A DNA stretch of 64,000 bases from Octopus vulgaris. Taxonomy: Eukaryota. The position numbers and the translations under genes were made by a program. Under the pieces are notes generated by a model. That model was not told where the DNA came from, made no database searches, and worked only from the letters and a program-made list of their open reading frames with translations. Location of the stretch: positions 76,694,001 to 76,758,000 of the forward strand of contig OX597822.1 in the NCBI GenBank assembly GCA_951406725.2, in the 5' to 3' direction. This document shows, piece after piece, positions 13,505 to 27,360 of the stretch (positions are counted from its first letter, which is position 1; each line of letters opens with the position of its first letter).

Positions 13505-14070
13505 AGACATGGCAAGCCAAGTGAGACCATAAACCTTAGCCTATGCCAGTGGTGTATAAAAGCCCACTTATGAATGCCCTTCGTTCATTGGACAATAAAC
13601 TTTGCTTGTGAAAACCTATCGAGGCAAGTGAAATCAAAATCACTGACATGGCCAATGACAGTACTGCCTGATTGGCACCTGTGCCAGTGGAATGTAAAAA
13701 GCACCATTCGAGCGTGATCATTGCCAGTGTCACCTTACTGGCACCTGTGCTGGTGGCATGTGGAAAACAACATTCTAGTGTGGTCATTGCCAGTGCTGCC
13801 AGATTGGTTTCTGTGCAGGTGACATGTAAAAAAACACCTTTTGAGTGTGGTCGTTGCCTGTGCTGTCTGACTGATCCTCGTGCCAGTGGCACATAAAAGC
13901 ACCCACTAGACTCTTGGAGTGGTTGGTGTTAGGAAGAGCATCCAGCTGTAGAAATTCTGCCAGATCAGATTGGAGTGTGGTGTAGCCTTCTGACTTACCA
14001 GTCCTCAGTCAAACCGGCAAACCTATGCCAGCATGGAAAGCAGGTGTTAAACGATGACAATGATGATGAT
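13505..14070 (+). mobile_element. RTE 3' UTR fragment with internal ~57-bp tandem repeats
   Basis: Repeated gtgccagtgg..tgtaaaaagcaccattcgag..tggtc..tgccagtg units, then the family C tail. Confidence 0.8.
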
Positions 14071-14071
14071 G

Positions 14072-14149
<78 letters not shown>

Positions 14150-14384
14150 TAGATATATATATATTGCCAGATCGAATAATCGAACATTAAAAATAACAAT
14201 AAACAAAACAACAAGATGACATGCGCTTGGAATGTATTAGTTTGACTTTTAGTGTCAGTGGAAAAAAGAAAGAGCTTTTTATGTTTTGAGCATAGCTCTT
14301 TGTCAGAAAGGAAAAGAGAAAAGTCCAGAGAAGGTAAAATATCATGAACAGCAGATGTGCGGTAACACAGCTTATATGTATGTA

Positions 14385-14415
<31 letters not shown>

Positions 14416-15004
14416 TTATTATGGGTTGCTTTTAGTTTCCATCTATCAAATCCACCCCACGGCATTTGTTGGACTTACCCAAGGTACCAAGCAGTGGGAT
14501 TGAACCCCAAACCAGGGGGTTGGGAAGCATATGTGTGCATCTATGAATAATATAAACGCTTACATGGTGATGATTATGATGATGGTGGTGGGGGGGCAAT
14601 ATGTATGTCTGTGTGTGTGTATATATTTATATGTATGTTTGTATGTATGTGTTGTATGTTTGTGTGTGCATGTGTGTGTGTGCATATGTGTAATCAATAT
14701 ATATGTATATCCCAACCAACTTTGATACCTGTACTTTTCAAACCCCGTAAATAGTAAATAATTATTCGTTTCCTTTCCCATGTCAATGTTGCTATAGTAA
14801 CAGCTTACAGGTAAATCAATCAGGTGACACTATTCAATTGCTATCACTTATGCACACACACATGCATACAAACACACACACAGATGCACACATACATACA
14901 CACACACACACATTTGCATACAGACATATATAAATACATCTGTATATATATATATATATATATATAGCTGTTTCAAATACAGTGATGCACACACACACAC
15001 ACAC

Positions 15005-15040
<36 letters not shown>

Positions 15041-15118
15041 ATACATACATACATAGATACTCTATTACATTAAGAGAAACAAATACTTAAATTGTGTATG
15101 TGTATGTATAAATATATG

Positions 15119-15149
<31 letters not shown>

Positions 15150-15346
15150 ATTTATGTGTGTATATATATATATGTATATATATATATGCATATACCTAAA
15201 ATATGTACATATGTGTGTGTGTGCATATGTATATATATATATGTGTGTATATATGTATATATAAATATATATTTGTGTATATTTATATATATATATATAT
15301 ATGTATATATATTTATATATATATTTTTATATACACACATACATAG

Positions 15347-15392
15347 CTTTCTGATAGTATCAATCTGCCAAGTATTTTATATATATATATAT

Positions 15393-15429
<37 letters not shown>

Positions 15430-15561
15430 GATATTTGTGTATATTTATATATATATATGTATATATATTTATATATATATTTTTATATACACATACATAC
15501 ATACATATATGTGCATGCATGTTTGCATATAGATATAAATATGAATATAGATGTGTGTGTG

Positions 15562-15601
<40 letters not shown>

Positions 15602-15607
15602 TATCTA

Positions 15608-15655
<48 letters not shown>

Positions 15656-15750
15656 TAAAATACTTGGCAGATTGATGCTATCAGAAAACTCACAGGTAAA
15701 AAAAAATACAAATAGTTAATGTTCATTTTAACCAAACTGTCATGAATAAC
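15347..15750. mobile_element. Fold-back remnant in a (TA)n tract (Penelope-like architecture)
   Basis: tttctgatagtatcaatctgccaagtattttata (15347-15380) is inverted at about 15654-15688, with a unique extension on one arm. Confidence 0.55.
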
Positions 15751-17699
15751 CTTCACACACACACACGTGTGTGTGTGTATGCTTGTATGTATCTTCCCAC
15801 CACAAGCACCCACATACATGTGCATCAAATGCATTGGTGCACTTACCCTTTAGGTAACAAATCATACGGACCATTTATTAATCACATTATGCATAGAAAC
15901 ACACAGACACACACACAAACACACACACTCACATATAATCGTTCTCACCCACATGCTCACACATTGCACAATGCACACATTGCATGCGCCACCAAAACAC
16001 AGTTGTCTTTGTGCAGATGCAAACGCACACATACGTACAAACAACTCGCTGCACAACATAAACAGATGCACAACATAAGCCATTTATGTGCAGTTGCAAA
16101 TAACACAGGCCTTCCAAAATCACACACACACACATGCACACATAGATTTACACATGCACAGAGAATCACATGCACCACACTGCTAATACCTCATGCACCA
16201 TGTTAGTTGATGCACATATAGATGCACACAATACACTGCATTTGCATCATATGCAACATAGACCAAGTGTGTATGCATGCGAAAATATAAACATAACACT
16301 GCACATGTCATATACAATACATACGATACACATGTGCAGCAAACACACACAAACTGCATGCTGCGCCTGTCATCTGCACTACTTAGTGCATAAATGTGCA
16401 AACATAAATGTGCATATACCACATAGACCATAAATTTGTATACGCAACCGCACAGGTCACATATACTGTACATAGGCCATCTATGTGCACAATGCATGCA
16501 AGACAGACACATGCATCTCATACACACACAGTAACATGGCAAACGCATGCAAGCACACACCACAAATTCAATTAATACAAGCATGATTATGATTATGATG
16601 ATGATGATGATAATGTTGATGATGATAATGTTGATGATGATGAGTACATACACAACACATAGACTGTCAATGTGCAAACATACACAAGACTAATAAATAC
16701 ACACACACACACAAACACACACATTCTCTACACACTAGAAATACCATTAATACAAACATGATGGTGATGGTGATGATGGTGATGGTGATGATGGTGATGG
16801 TGATGATGATGATGATGATGATGATGATGACCATCATCATCATCATCATCATAACATACACAACACATTAACCATCCATGTACAAACACACACAAGGCTA
16901 ACTCACATACACAAACACACACACACACACACACTCACTGCACAACACATCATAACATGCCATACACACATACACGCCACAAATCCTGTTCATACATACA
17001 TTATATATGCAGCACAAAGACCATCCACATACAAACACACACACATATGCATATGCATACACACATACACATATGCGTGTGCATACATACACACACACAC
17101 ACGCATGCACAAAAGCCATTCACACAGACATTACACGGTATATAGCCATAACGGCACACAAATGCTTTAACCAGCAACGCTCCCCCCCCCCATTGCCAGT
17201 AATCGATACTTCCTTCCCTTTTACCCTCACCCCTCTAGCTGTAATAACAACAACAATAACAACCAGGGTAGCGCTCTGCATGGCCTTTTGATCTGCTAGA
17301 AAGAGAAAGTAAATTTCCTTCAAATGAAAACTGTTTGAAATGAGGAATATTATATGTCTAATAATGTACTTCTGACCAACCCCCTGTCTTCAAACAGATG
17401 GGCATGGTTGGGTTTGGAATGAGGATTTCATCGTAGCTCTGTTCTATCAATACTGACCCAGGGTTAAACAGCACCGTTGCCACCATTCACCATCACCAAC
17501 CACCACCACTACCACCATCCTCATCAATGTCACCATCATCATCTTCATCAGTATCACCATTAGCATCATAACCAACACCAAACATCACCACTACCCCCAC
17601 GCCCACCCCCACGCACAGGCTTTCCATTAACATGTCAATGCGATTAATGAAACCAAGACCATTGGAAGGAAAACGAATATTGCAGTATTAGGTATTTGG

Positions 17700-18290
17700 T
17701 GTGGTGACAGAAGTAGTGGTAGCAGCAGCAGCAGCAGTAGCAGAGATAGTGGTGGTGGTGGTGGTAGTAGTAGTAGTAGTAGCAGCAGTAGCAGTGATAG
17801 TGGTGGTGGTAGTAGTAGTAGTTGTAGTAGCAGTAGCAGAGATAGTGGTGGTGGTAGTAGTAGTAGTTGCAGTAGCAGTAGCAGAGATAGTGGTGGTGGT
17901 AGTAGTAGTAGTAGCAGTAGCAGAGATAGTGGTGGTGGTGGTAGTAGTAGTAGTAGTAGCGGCAGCTGTAGCAGAGATAGTGGTGATGGTAGTAGTAGTA
18001 CTAGTAGTTGTAGCAGCAGCTGTAGTAGGAGCAGCAACAGCAGCAGCAGCAGTGGTAGTAGTAGTAGTAGTAGTAGTAAGAGGAGGAGTGGCAGCAGCAA
18101 TAGTGGTGGTGGTCGTGGTTGTCGTAGTGGTGGTAGTTGTGACGATGATGGTGGTGGTGGTCGTGGAGATGGTTGAAGTGGTGGTGGTGGTGGTCATGAG
18201 AGTGGTAGAGTAATGTTGGTGGAAGTGATGTGCTAGCGGTGGAATTAGTTGTGGTCATTGGAGTTAGTGGTGGTGGTGGTGGTGGCAGAA
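17700..18290. repeat. Compound (GTA/GCA/GTG)n tract with a higher-order gcagagatagtggtggtg unit
   Basis: Direct reading; related copy at 20215-20530. Confidence 0.9.
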
Positions 18291-18689
18291 TGCACCAATT
18301 AATTAAAAGTCCAACTGACAATTGGAATGTCTCAGTCCTTAATGACTTCGCACAGAAACAAAACCTCAGCCCGACAGAGCATTCATCTTGAAATAGCTTG
18401 TAAAATGGTGACTCTGAGATCCAATGTGTCAGTTAGATTCAGGAGAAATCTTCTCTCTGACATGGAATATTTAATTTTCTTCCAAATCTAATTGTTACAA
18501 TTACAACTGCTCTGGCAGGCACTTTATTTTGTATGCAAGAGAGTCTCTCCTTTAAACCACTGGCAGGGTTGTGTATCATTATAGAGAGAATATCAAATTG
18601 ACGAACATCATGGCTCCTTTCTTTACCTCAAGCTTCAGCAACTTCTGCCACATGTAGACCCGTTGCATCCCTTTAAGATGTTTTGCAGA

Positions 18690-19714
18690 GAAATGTTAAA
18701 CATACGAAGCATCATATGTGGCATGCAAGAGAGATGTTTGCATTGGTATGGTCATGTACTGCGGGTTCGAATCTCAGACTGGGCAATGTGTGTGTTTACG
18801 AGTGAAACACCTAAGCTCCACGCAGCTCCAGCAGAAGGGAATAGCGAACTTCTGCTGACTCTTTTGCCACAACTTTCTTTCACTCTTTTCTCCTGCATCT
18901 TGCAGCTCACCTGCAACGGACTGGCGTTCTGTCCAGGTAGGGAACCTAAACGCCGAGGAAACTGGGAAACCGGCCCTTATGAGCCAGGCATGGCTCGTGA
19001 AGGAAGAAACAACAACATGTACTGCGGATGGAGAAGGAGGGCTGTGTGAAGAAGTGCCACTCCCAAACAGTGGAAGGAATCCGGGGTAGAGGGAGACCCA
19101 GGAAGACACGGGATGAGGTGGTAAAGTATAACCATTGAAAGTTGGGCCTCACAGAGGCAATGACAAAAGGCCGAGACCTCTGGAGGTATGCTGTGACTGA
19201 GAAGACCTGGTAAATAAAGTGAGTCCACAGCTGTAACCTACACCAGTGCTGCATAACCAGCCCACTCAAAAGTACCTTAGATCATAGGGCAACATGCTGT
19301 GCTTGAGAAGACCTATTGAGTCAAGTACATCAACATCAACAGCAATATCAAAATCAAATCAAATGGAAATTGTAGTTGTGACCCCCGTGCCAGTAGCATG
19401 TAAAAAAGCACCATCCAAACATGGCCGATGCTAGTGCCGCTTTGACTGGCTTCCATGCCAGTGACATGTAAAAAGCACCATCTGATCATGGTTGATGCCA
19501 GCTCCTCTGGTTCCTGTGCCGGTGGCATGTAAAAAGCACCCGCTACACTCTTGGAGTGGTTGGCATTAGGAAGGGCATCCAGCTGTAGAAACACTGCCAG
19601 ATCAGATTGGGTCCTGGTGTAGCCTCCTGGCTTCCCAGACCCCAGTCGAACCATCCAACCCATGCCAACATGGAAAACAGACGTTAAACGATGATGATGA
19701 TGATGATGATGATG
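18690..19714 (+). mobile_element. 5'-truncated RTE-clade LINE (ORF2 C-terminus and 3' UTR), interrupted by a SINE
   Basis: Removing the insert and one TSD copy gives ...QERCLHWYGHVLRMEKEGCVKKCHSQTVEGIRGRGRPRKTRDEVV..., matching the RTE LRWxGHVxR...RxRGRPR motif; ends in (GAT)n. Confidence 0.85.
18765..19015 (+). mobile_element. 5'-truncated SINE (family D body with a different tail), 12-bp TSD
   Basis: Starts at the B box gttcgaatc; TSD CATGTACTGCGG at 18753-18764 and 19016-19027. Confidence 0.9.
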
Positions 19715-21705
19715 TAATGTTTTTATTACATTATGCAGTGGAACACGATTTTTATCCTTGGGTAGGAACTGTTATTTCCTATTTGCTGAACCCTAGAGAG
19801 TATGACATTTGCCTGACATTTCCTTCAAACTTTGCTTTTGTTACATTTATTCAAACCCCAAAGAATTCCTCTCGCTACATGGCTATGATGCTCCCCCACT
19901 ACTCCTGCTCATGATCAGAGATACACATATTGTCAGCCACTAAAGGACATGCTCAACTGGTTAAGGTCAAGACACTGACAAGCAAATCTGTGGTACTGAG
20001 CAGAATATTTATCATAACGATATTTCTGCTTCAGCAATTCAATACTGAATCTGTCTGAAATGTAATGGAAAACAGGTCAGTTTCAAAACATTCTTGCCCA
20101 GGTCAGAAAGGCAAAGTTTGAAGGTAATGGTAGTCATTTCCTTTGATTTCTCGCTAGAAACAAATAGGAAATAACACTGACCAAAGACAAAAAAAAAAGA
20201 AATTTGTTACACAGTGCAGTAGCAGAGATAGTGGTGGTGGTGATGGTAGCAGCTGCAGTAGTAGCAGCAGCAGCAGTAGTAATAGTAGTAGTAGTTGTAG
20301 AAGCAGTAGTAGCAGAGATAGTTGTGGTGATAACGGTAGTAGTAGTAGTAGAAGCAGCAGCAGCAGTAGTAGTAGTAGTGGTGGTGGTGGTGGTAGTAAC
20401 AGCAGCAGAGATAATGGTGAGGGTAGTAATAGTAGCAGCAGCAGTAGTAGTAGTAGTAGTAGTAATAGTAGTAGTAGTAGTAGTAGTAGTAAGAGGAGGA
20501 GGAGTGGCAGCAGCAATAGTAGTGGTGGTTGCATTAGGAAGGGCATCCAGCTGTAGAAACACTGCCAGATCAGATTGGGGCCTGGTGCAGCCTCCTGGCT
20601 TCCCAGACCCCAGTCAAAAACCATTATGAAAATCATCATCGTTTTAATGTCCGTTTCCCCCCCCCCACACACACACACACACACTTGTTTTGCTTTGAGG
20701 TGTTTGTGATGGTTGCTGTTGAGGTGTTGGTGAGAGAAAATGCATTTCTTGAGTTGTGTGAAGAAGTAACTAACGACAGTAAACGATTAACTGAAGATTT
20801 ATTTACTGCGCCGAATGTTTTCTTCTGCGTTGGTCTTTTACAAATACTAACAGCAATAATTACATACTGGAAGAGACATGTTGCTTGGGATTTACGACAA
20901 ATTAACTGATATAGCAATCTGTGGCTAGCCCATCACAACTGGAAAATAACTGCGCTATAGTCCTGGTGATGAAAATTCCTGTCTGCTATTTGCCATCTGT
21001 CTTAATTGGTTGGATGTGGAGATGAGAATGGAGACGACTTGCAGCTGCCACAACATTCTGTAATTATTACCAAAAACTGCATTTATATAGAAGCACAATG
21101 AGAAAGTTCTAGAAAATTGAATCATGCAATGGCTTGATGCTGATTGGTTGCTTAATAAGCCAATCGTGTGAAACTATCTGGTTTGATTTTGAATCACTGC
21201 TACCCTTGCATTGGGTCACACAGAATTTATTGAGGCAGACTTTCTATAGCCAGAAGGATGCTCTTCCTGTTGCCAACATCACTTGTTTTTCCATGCAAGT
21301 TAATATTTCCCCATGGCCAGCAAAACACTTTATTTCTCATTGCTGTTGTGCTGCATGGGGGGACCAACGTGTCAAAGAATAGACCCAACATTTCTGCTGC
21401 ATCTCATAAAAGAGAACTAAAAGAGATTGAAGTAAGGTTTGCACTAAAACCACGTAAAACCCTCATCAGTAACAAATACCCATGGGCTGGAAAGTTGTCA
21501 CTTCAGTGGTACAAAGGTATCGTCCACCAAGTGTAGCCAGGGAATCACCAACAAATGGTGGATGCAACAATGCACTGTTAGAGCACATGCCTCCATACCA
21601 GACATGATTTGCAGAAAACTAGAAATGTTATATCACAGCCAACCATTACCAAAACTGTAAAGAAGAAGCAATCTTCCAGGCTGTCAAAATGAAAACAAGC
21701 AATAT

Positions 21706-22105
21706 TTTTTTCTACTCTAGGCACAAGGCCCGAAAATTTTGGGGAGTGGGGGCCAGATGATTAGATCAACCCCAGTATGCAACTAGTACTTAAATTTCCA
21801 ACCCTGAAAGGATGAAAGGCAAAGTCGAACTTGGTGGAATGTGAACTCAGAACATAAAGACAGATAAAATACCAAGCATTTTGCCCAGCGTGCTAACGTT
21901 TCTGCCAGCTTGCCACCTTGTATTTTATATAATAATCATTTCTATTGTAGGCACAAGGCCCGAACTTTGGGGGGGGGGGGGAACCAGTTGATTAGATCAA
22001 CTCCAGTATGCAACTGGTACTTAATTTATCAACCCTGAAAGGATGAACGGCAAAGTCGACCTTAGCGGAATTTGAACTCAGAACCTTTCTGCCAGCTTGC
22101 CACCT
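21706..22105 (-). mobile_element. Dimer of family A SINEs inside a single 16-bp TSD
   Basis: TGAAAACAAGCAATAT at 21690-21705 and 22106-22121 encloses two head-to-tail copies. Confidence 0.85.
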
Positions 22106-22340
22106 TGAAAACAAGCAATATCAGCAGATTAAAGCTCTCTCAAGTTTTGTTTTGAATTTGTGTTTCATAGCTGGTATCAATTAGCTACATGGTAAGAAGT
22201 TTGCTTCTCAACCACATGGTTCCAGGTTCAGTCCCACTGTTTGACATCTGGGAGAGTGTCTTCTTCTATTATAGCTTATAGCTCTGAGCTGACCAAAGCC
22301 TTATCAGTAGAATTGGCACACCAAAACTGAATGAAGACAC

Positions 22341-22556
22341 ACTGGTAAAAAAGCTGCACCTCCAAATGGAAACCTTACCTGTCATTGTGGTTTTGTGGCA
22401 CAAAGCAGAGCAGGCTTTGTTGTCCACTCATGAAAACACATAGTAAATGATCTACAAGCACTCGAACAAATTGAGTCCTCAACTTGTTCCCTTTGCCAAA
22501 AGGTTTGCAAGGTACCAGCAGGCTTCAAGAGACACATTTGTGTCCATAGAACATGA
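22341..22556 (+). pseudogene. Decayed reading frame with two zinc-finger-like motifs, probably a LINE ORF2 C-terminus
   Basis: TGKKAAPPNGNLTCHCGFVAQSRAGFVVHS*KHIVNDLQALEQIESSTCSLCQKVCKVPAGFKRHICVHRT*; the second motif is an exact C-x2-C-x12-H-x3-H; one in-frame stop. Confidence 0.55.
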
Positions 22557-22611
22557 TTACCACTTTATTTTATAGCATCCTCAATTGTTGTTCACGATGA
22601 GAGAATCCACC

Positions 22612-22652
<41 letters not shown>

Positions 22653-23249
22653 TGGTGCCTTGGTTTCACCTGGTCGGTTTGGATGATGTGGCTGTAAAAC
22701 CTGCTCTCTGTAAGCATTCGACTTGTTTGGGTATGCTTACGTTAAAAAACATTTTAAGATAACTTTTTTTTTTTTAAATGCTAAAAATAACTGACCAACA
22801 AGAAAAACCAAGATTCAACCAAATCAAAAAATAAACCCAAATACTAAGTGAAGATGAACCATCCCACTTCCATTGCACATGCACACACACACACACATTC
22901 ACATACCCCCCCTTTTACATACACATATATTCATACAGAGTTGAAGCGCTGTTTGATTTTTTTTTTCAGATTACAATTTTCATCATTCCTCTATGAAGTA
23001 TGGCCACTCCTTCCTTCCTTATTCATCTATCATCCCTTCCTTTCTCATTCATAAACACAAGAGTATTATCATAGTAAATTATCTCAGTAACCATGGAATC
23101 TATGAAATAATACAAAGCCCAACATCACCACCATACCATTCTACACATCTGTGTAATTTTTCGCGCAGCAATTCCACCTAGCCGTTTGACCGAGAATCCT
23201 AAGACAAATAAACGTCCATGTCAAATTTATATGTGCATATATATATATG

Positions 23250-23477
23250 TATTGTTGTGTCAGGGGAGAGTCACATTCTCTTTTAGTGCCTTATTGTTTA
23301 ACACACTCTATGAAAAACATTTATGAAAAATAAATAGGTAAATGAGTGGAAATTGAACTGGTGTGTGTGTTAAATGATAAGGTAGTAAAAGAGAATGACT
23401 CTCCCCAAACACAATAAAATATGGCCTCAACACACAAACTCACATAAAGAATCTTGCAAACCAAATCTAAAAACGAA

Positions 23478-23480
<3 letters not shown>
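23250..23480. mobile_element. Fold-back element (about 60-bp inverted arms) in (TA)n
   Basis: ttgtgtcaggggagagtca...ttaacacac inverted with gtgtgttaa...tgactctccccaaacacaa; another copy at 48947-49058. Confidence 0.7.
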
Positions 23481-23518
<38 letters not shown>

Positions 23519-23567
23519 TCGTTAGCCACTACTCACATTTTTTTTCTCTCCTTGTTTTTCTGTGTCC

Positions 23568-23603
23568 CTTTCTGTAGAAGAGCGTAGGCTCAAAATGTAA
23601 AAG
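23568..23603 (+). ncRNA. Degenerate minimal hammerhead-like motif, CTGTNGA core variant
   Basis: CTTT-CTGTAGA-A-GAGC(gtag)GCTC-AAAA-TG-TA-AAAG; G12 lost, consistent with CpG decay. Confidence 0.5.
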
Positions 23604-23687
23604 ACTTTTTCTATTCCTGAGCGTTATATTAATACATCTGTTTGTTTTGTACACCACCTGTCTTTTGTTTTTTTTGTAAACTCTCCC

Positions 23688-23721
<34 letters not shown>

Positions 23722-24099
23722 TTATTACCATTGCCATTTCATGTCTATTTACATGGGTTAGGTGGTTTGACAGGATCCAGTTAGCTACAGGGGAGCACCA
23801 AACCCTAGTGTGTATGTGTGTGTGTATGTTTGTATCTCCTTGTCTTGACATCATGTGATAGTTGTAAATGTAGGTTGTTTGCCATACAAAGCAATATCAT
23901 TCATTTCCGACAAATTCTGCATAGACATATCTAGCCATGGAAAAATATCCCCCTTCTTGGAAACAAACGAAGTTTGAAAACAGGGGGCGGGGGCAACTAG
24001 TCACAGAAAATCTGCCTCAGTAAACTCCATCCAATTTATGAAAACAGAGAAAATGTTAAAATGATAGGGAAGGTCTTTCCTTAAGTGTTCGTAATTTAT

Positions 24100-24590
24100 T
24101 ATATGCTGTGACTGTGAAGACCTGACAAATGAAATGAATTCATGGCTTGCAGGGCAGCCTGCTGTGCTAACCTTGGATCATAGAGTGACCTGCTGTGCTT
24201 GAGGAGGCTTATTGAATCAAGTACATCAATGTCAGCATCAAAATAAAAATCAAATGGAAATTGTAGTTATGATACCTGTGCTGGTGACACATAAAAAGCA
24301 CCATCTCGAACGTGGCTGATGCCAGTGCCGCCTGTCTAGCATCTGTGTTGGTGACACGTAAAAAGCACCAACCAATCGTGGCCATTTGCCAGCATCCTGT
24401 GGCACATAAAAAGCACCTACTACACTCACAGAGTGGTTGGCATTAGGGAGGGCATCCAGCTGTAGAAACGCTGCCAGATCAGACTAGAGCCTGGCGCAGC
24501 CTCCTGGCTTCCCAGACTCTGGTCAAGCCGTCCAACCCATTCTAGCATGGAAAATGGACATTAAATGATAATGATGTTGATGATGATGTA
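24100..24590 (+). mobile_element. RTE 3' end and UTR fragment (family C)
   Basis: tatgctgtgactgtgaagacctg matches 19187-19209; then the UTR repeats and tail. Confidence 0.8.
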
Positions 24591-24983
24591 CAATTCTTTA
24601 CATGGAAAAATTTCCTAAGGACAGAAAGGTCTTTCTTAGAAACATATCATATTGATTTGGATAAATGAGTTCAATGTTTCATTTTTTATTCTATAGAACC
24701 ATGCAGGAAAGTTACCATTTCAATATATTAACTGACTTGAGGATTGCAATGCATGAAACTTTAGGAAAGGCCAAATCTTTTGATTAATTAGTAACATGAA
24801 AAAAATCTACATCGTATATTGAATATTATCATGCTTTTTCATTCACCAAGTGTAATATTTGGGTGTATATATGGATGTGTATGTACATATGTATATATGC
24901 ATGTGTGTTTCTATACACACACACATATGTATATATCTATAAATCTATTTATTTATTAATCTATTTATTTATCTATCTATCTA

Positions 24984-25016
<33 letters not shown>

Positions 25017-26235
25017 TTATGTATTTATGTATTTACATATATGCACACACACACACACACACATATAGACACTCACACACATATAGACACTCACACACAT
25101 ATATGTACATACCTAAATATATATATATAAATATATATATATACACACACACACATATATTTGTGTGTATATATGCATAGTATATACATGTATATATATA
25201 TATATACATACATATATGTGTATATATATATATATATATATAAGAGCATGTATGTGTATATATATATATGCATGTGTGAGTATGTATATATGAATACATA
25301 CGTATATGTATATATATATATGCTTATACATACGCACACACATACACATATATGTATATATGTATACATAAGATGTCTATATATATAAGTATGTCTGTTT
25401 TATATATATGTATGTATGTATGGATAGATATACACATGTGCGTGCACACACACACACACACAGAGGTGGGGGATGAACTAAATTGGTGTTCTTGGGAAAA
25501 GTACCTAGAGGTATACATTTTAGTCTCCTTTTAAGAGGAGGCTGACTTCCCTTTCATCTTTTATGAGATCAATAATAAAAAACAAAAAAAAATATACCAG
25601 GGAAAAGTACTAGTGTTGATATAATCGACTAAAACAATTACAGGTGGCAGTGCAACATAGCTGCCATCGAATGACTTCAGCCAGTCATGTGTAATGCATG
25701 CACACGCACGTGTGTGTGTATACGTGCTTATTAACTCTTTTTCTCTAAATAAATATGTAGGTACATGTGTGTATGTGTGTGTGTGTATGCACGCACACAC
25801 ACATATACAAACATAGATACATGCACATATACACATACATATATATATATATGTATATATACACACATGCATGTGTGTATATATATATATATGGATATAC
25901 ACATATATATACATGTATGTATGTATGCATAAGTGCATGTGTGTGTGTGTGTGTGTGTGTATAAACTCTTGCATACAGAGATCAGCAACACGCATAGTGA
26001 AACAAACACACGCACACACATATACACGGATACACCCACACATGCAATAATTCATAAAGTTAAAAAAAAAATAAGTATAAACAGAATTAGGCTCCTCGTT
26101 AACGTCAAAATGCTTTAGAAATTCAATTAACGCATGTTCTATTCTCACTGCTGCTAACAAAGTAATTATATAAAAACATATACATGGATGTAAGTGTGTG
26201 TGTGTGTATGTGTGTGTCTATTTGGTTGCATATAC

Positions 26236-26271
<36 letters not shown>

Positions 26272-26272
26272 A

Positions 26273-26502
26273 GTGGCGAGCTGGCAGAGACGTTAATACG
26301 CCGGGCGAAATGCGTAGCCGTATTTTGTCTGTCGTTACGTTCCAAGTTCAAATTCTGCCGAGTTCGACTTTGCCTTTCATCCTTTCGGGGTCGATAAATT
26401 AAGTACCAGTTATGCACTGGGATCACTATAATCGACTTAATCCCTTTGTCTGTCCTTGTTTATCCCCTCTGTGTTTCGCCCCTTGTGGGTAGTAAAGAAA
26501 TA
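26273..26502 (+). mobile_element. Family A SINE, well preserved
   Basis: Close match to 4230-4465 with many CpGs retained. Confidence 0.9.
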
Positions 26503-26600
26503 TATATATATATGAAAACAATTTAACATTAAACTGAAGAATCATTTAATACAGTGTGGTGAAGTACATGTTAATTAAAGTTTTACAAGAAGTGGGCATA

Positions 26601-26644
26601 ATAGTGACTTCGAAGTTTCAGCTCTCTAGCCCTCATCAGCCTGT
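26601..26644 (-). ncRNA. Type I hammerhead-like motif
   Basis: Minus strand: acagg-CTGATGA-G-GGCT(agag)AGCT-GAAA-CTTCGAAG-TC-actat; palindromic stem III and GTC cleavage triplet, but stem I pairs poorly. Confidence 0.55.
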
Positions 26645-27109
26645 GTATAATGATATTATGAGAACAAATTTATAATGTACAGTAATCCGGTACTCTACAA
26701 CTCATCAGGAGAAAGGACTCCAAAGTACATGTAGAGTACATGGAATAATGCACGGAAAGTGTTCAGTGAATAAGTCATTTAAAAAATAAATTGATAAATT
26801 GACTCGATCAATTCCTAGCAATATCTGAAGAAAGAATTTTTGTATTCTGAAATATTGCTATTATATCAGACTATGGATAATTAAATTATAACAGTCATTA
26901 TGGTCCACTCTGCATTATTGTGCCATTCAAGACACGTTAGATTTTATAAAAATAAAAAATGGGGGGAAAATTTTGGGAAACATGGAAGTTTTGAAGAATG
27001 TAGAGTTCTGATAGCTAACAATAATAGTTTATTCCAAGCTTCAGCAATTCTGAATGTAAAAAGTTGCTTCCAAGTCTTGGATGCTGTGTTGCTTTTTGAT
27101 TTTACCATT

Positions 27110-27360
27110 CCAGCTCTCTTTAATATCATATCAAATTATGTCAAAATGGAAACAGATCCCATAAAATTCCAAAGTTCACTGGACAAATTTCTTCAAAAAA
27201 TCCTGAACCAACTTCCTACACTCGGATATGTCTCCAACAATAATAACTCTTTGCTAGAGTGGGCCACGGTGCCCCACATGTGACTAAAAGACTTCACCAG
27301 ATGGTGCTATTAAGTTAGACATGGCCTGAGCTTATACTGGTCGAAACCTATCAAAGTTAT
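27110..27360 (+). mobile_element. CR1/L2-type LINE 3' fragment
   Basis: PALFNIISNYVKMETDPIKFQSSLDKFLQKILNQLPTLGYVSNNNNSLLEW resembles the P.LFN....FK..LDKFL..IPDQP...Y....NSL ORF2 end of invertebrate CR1 elements. Confidence 0.7.

Noticed and set aside
13660-13900. CRISPR-like repeat spacing
   Set aside because: Whole units are degenerate tandem copies inside a LINE UTR; there are no unique spacers or cas genes, and the context is eukaryotic.
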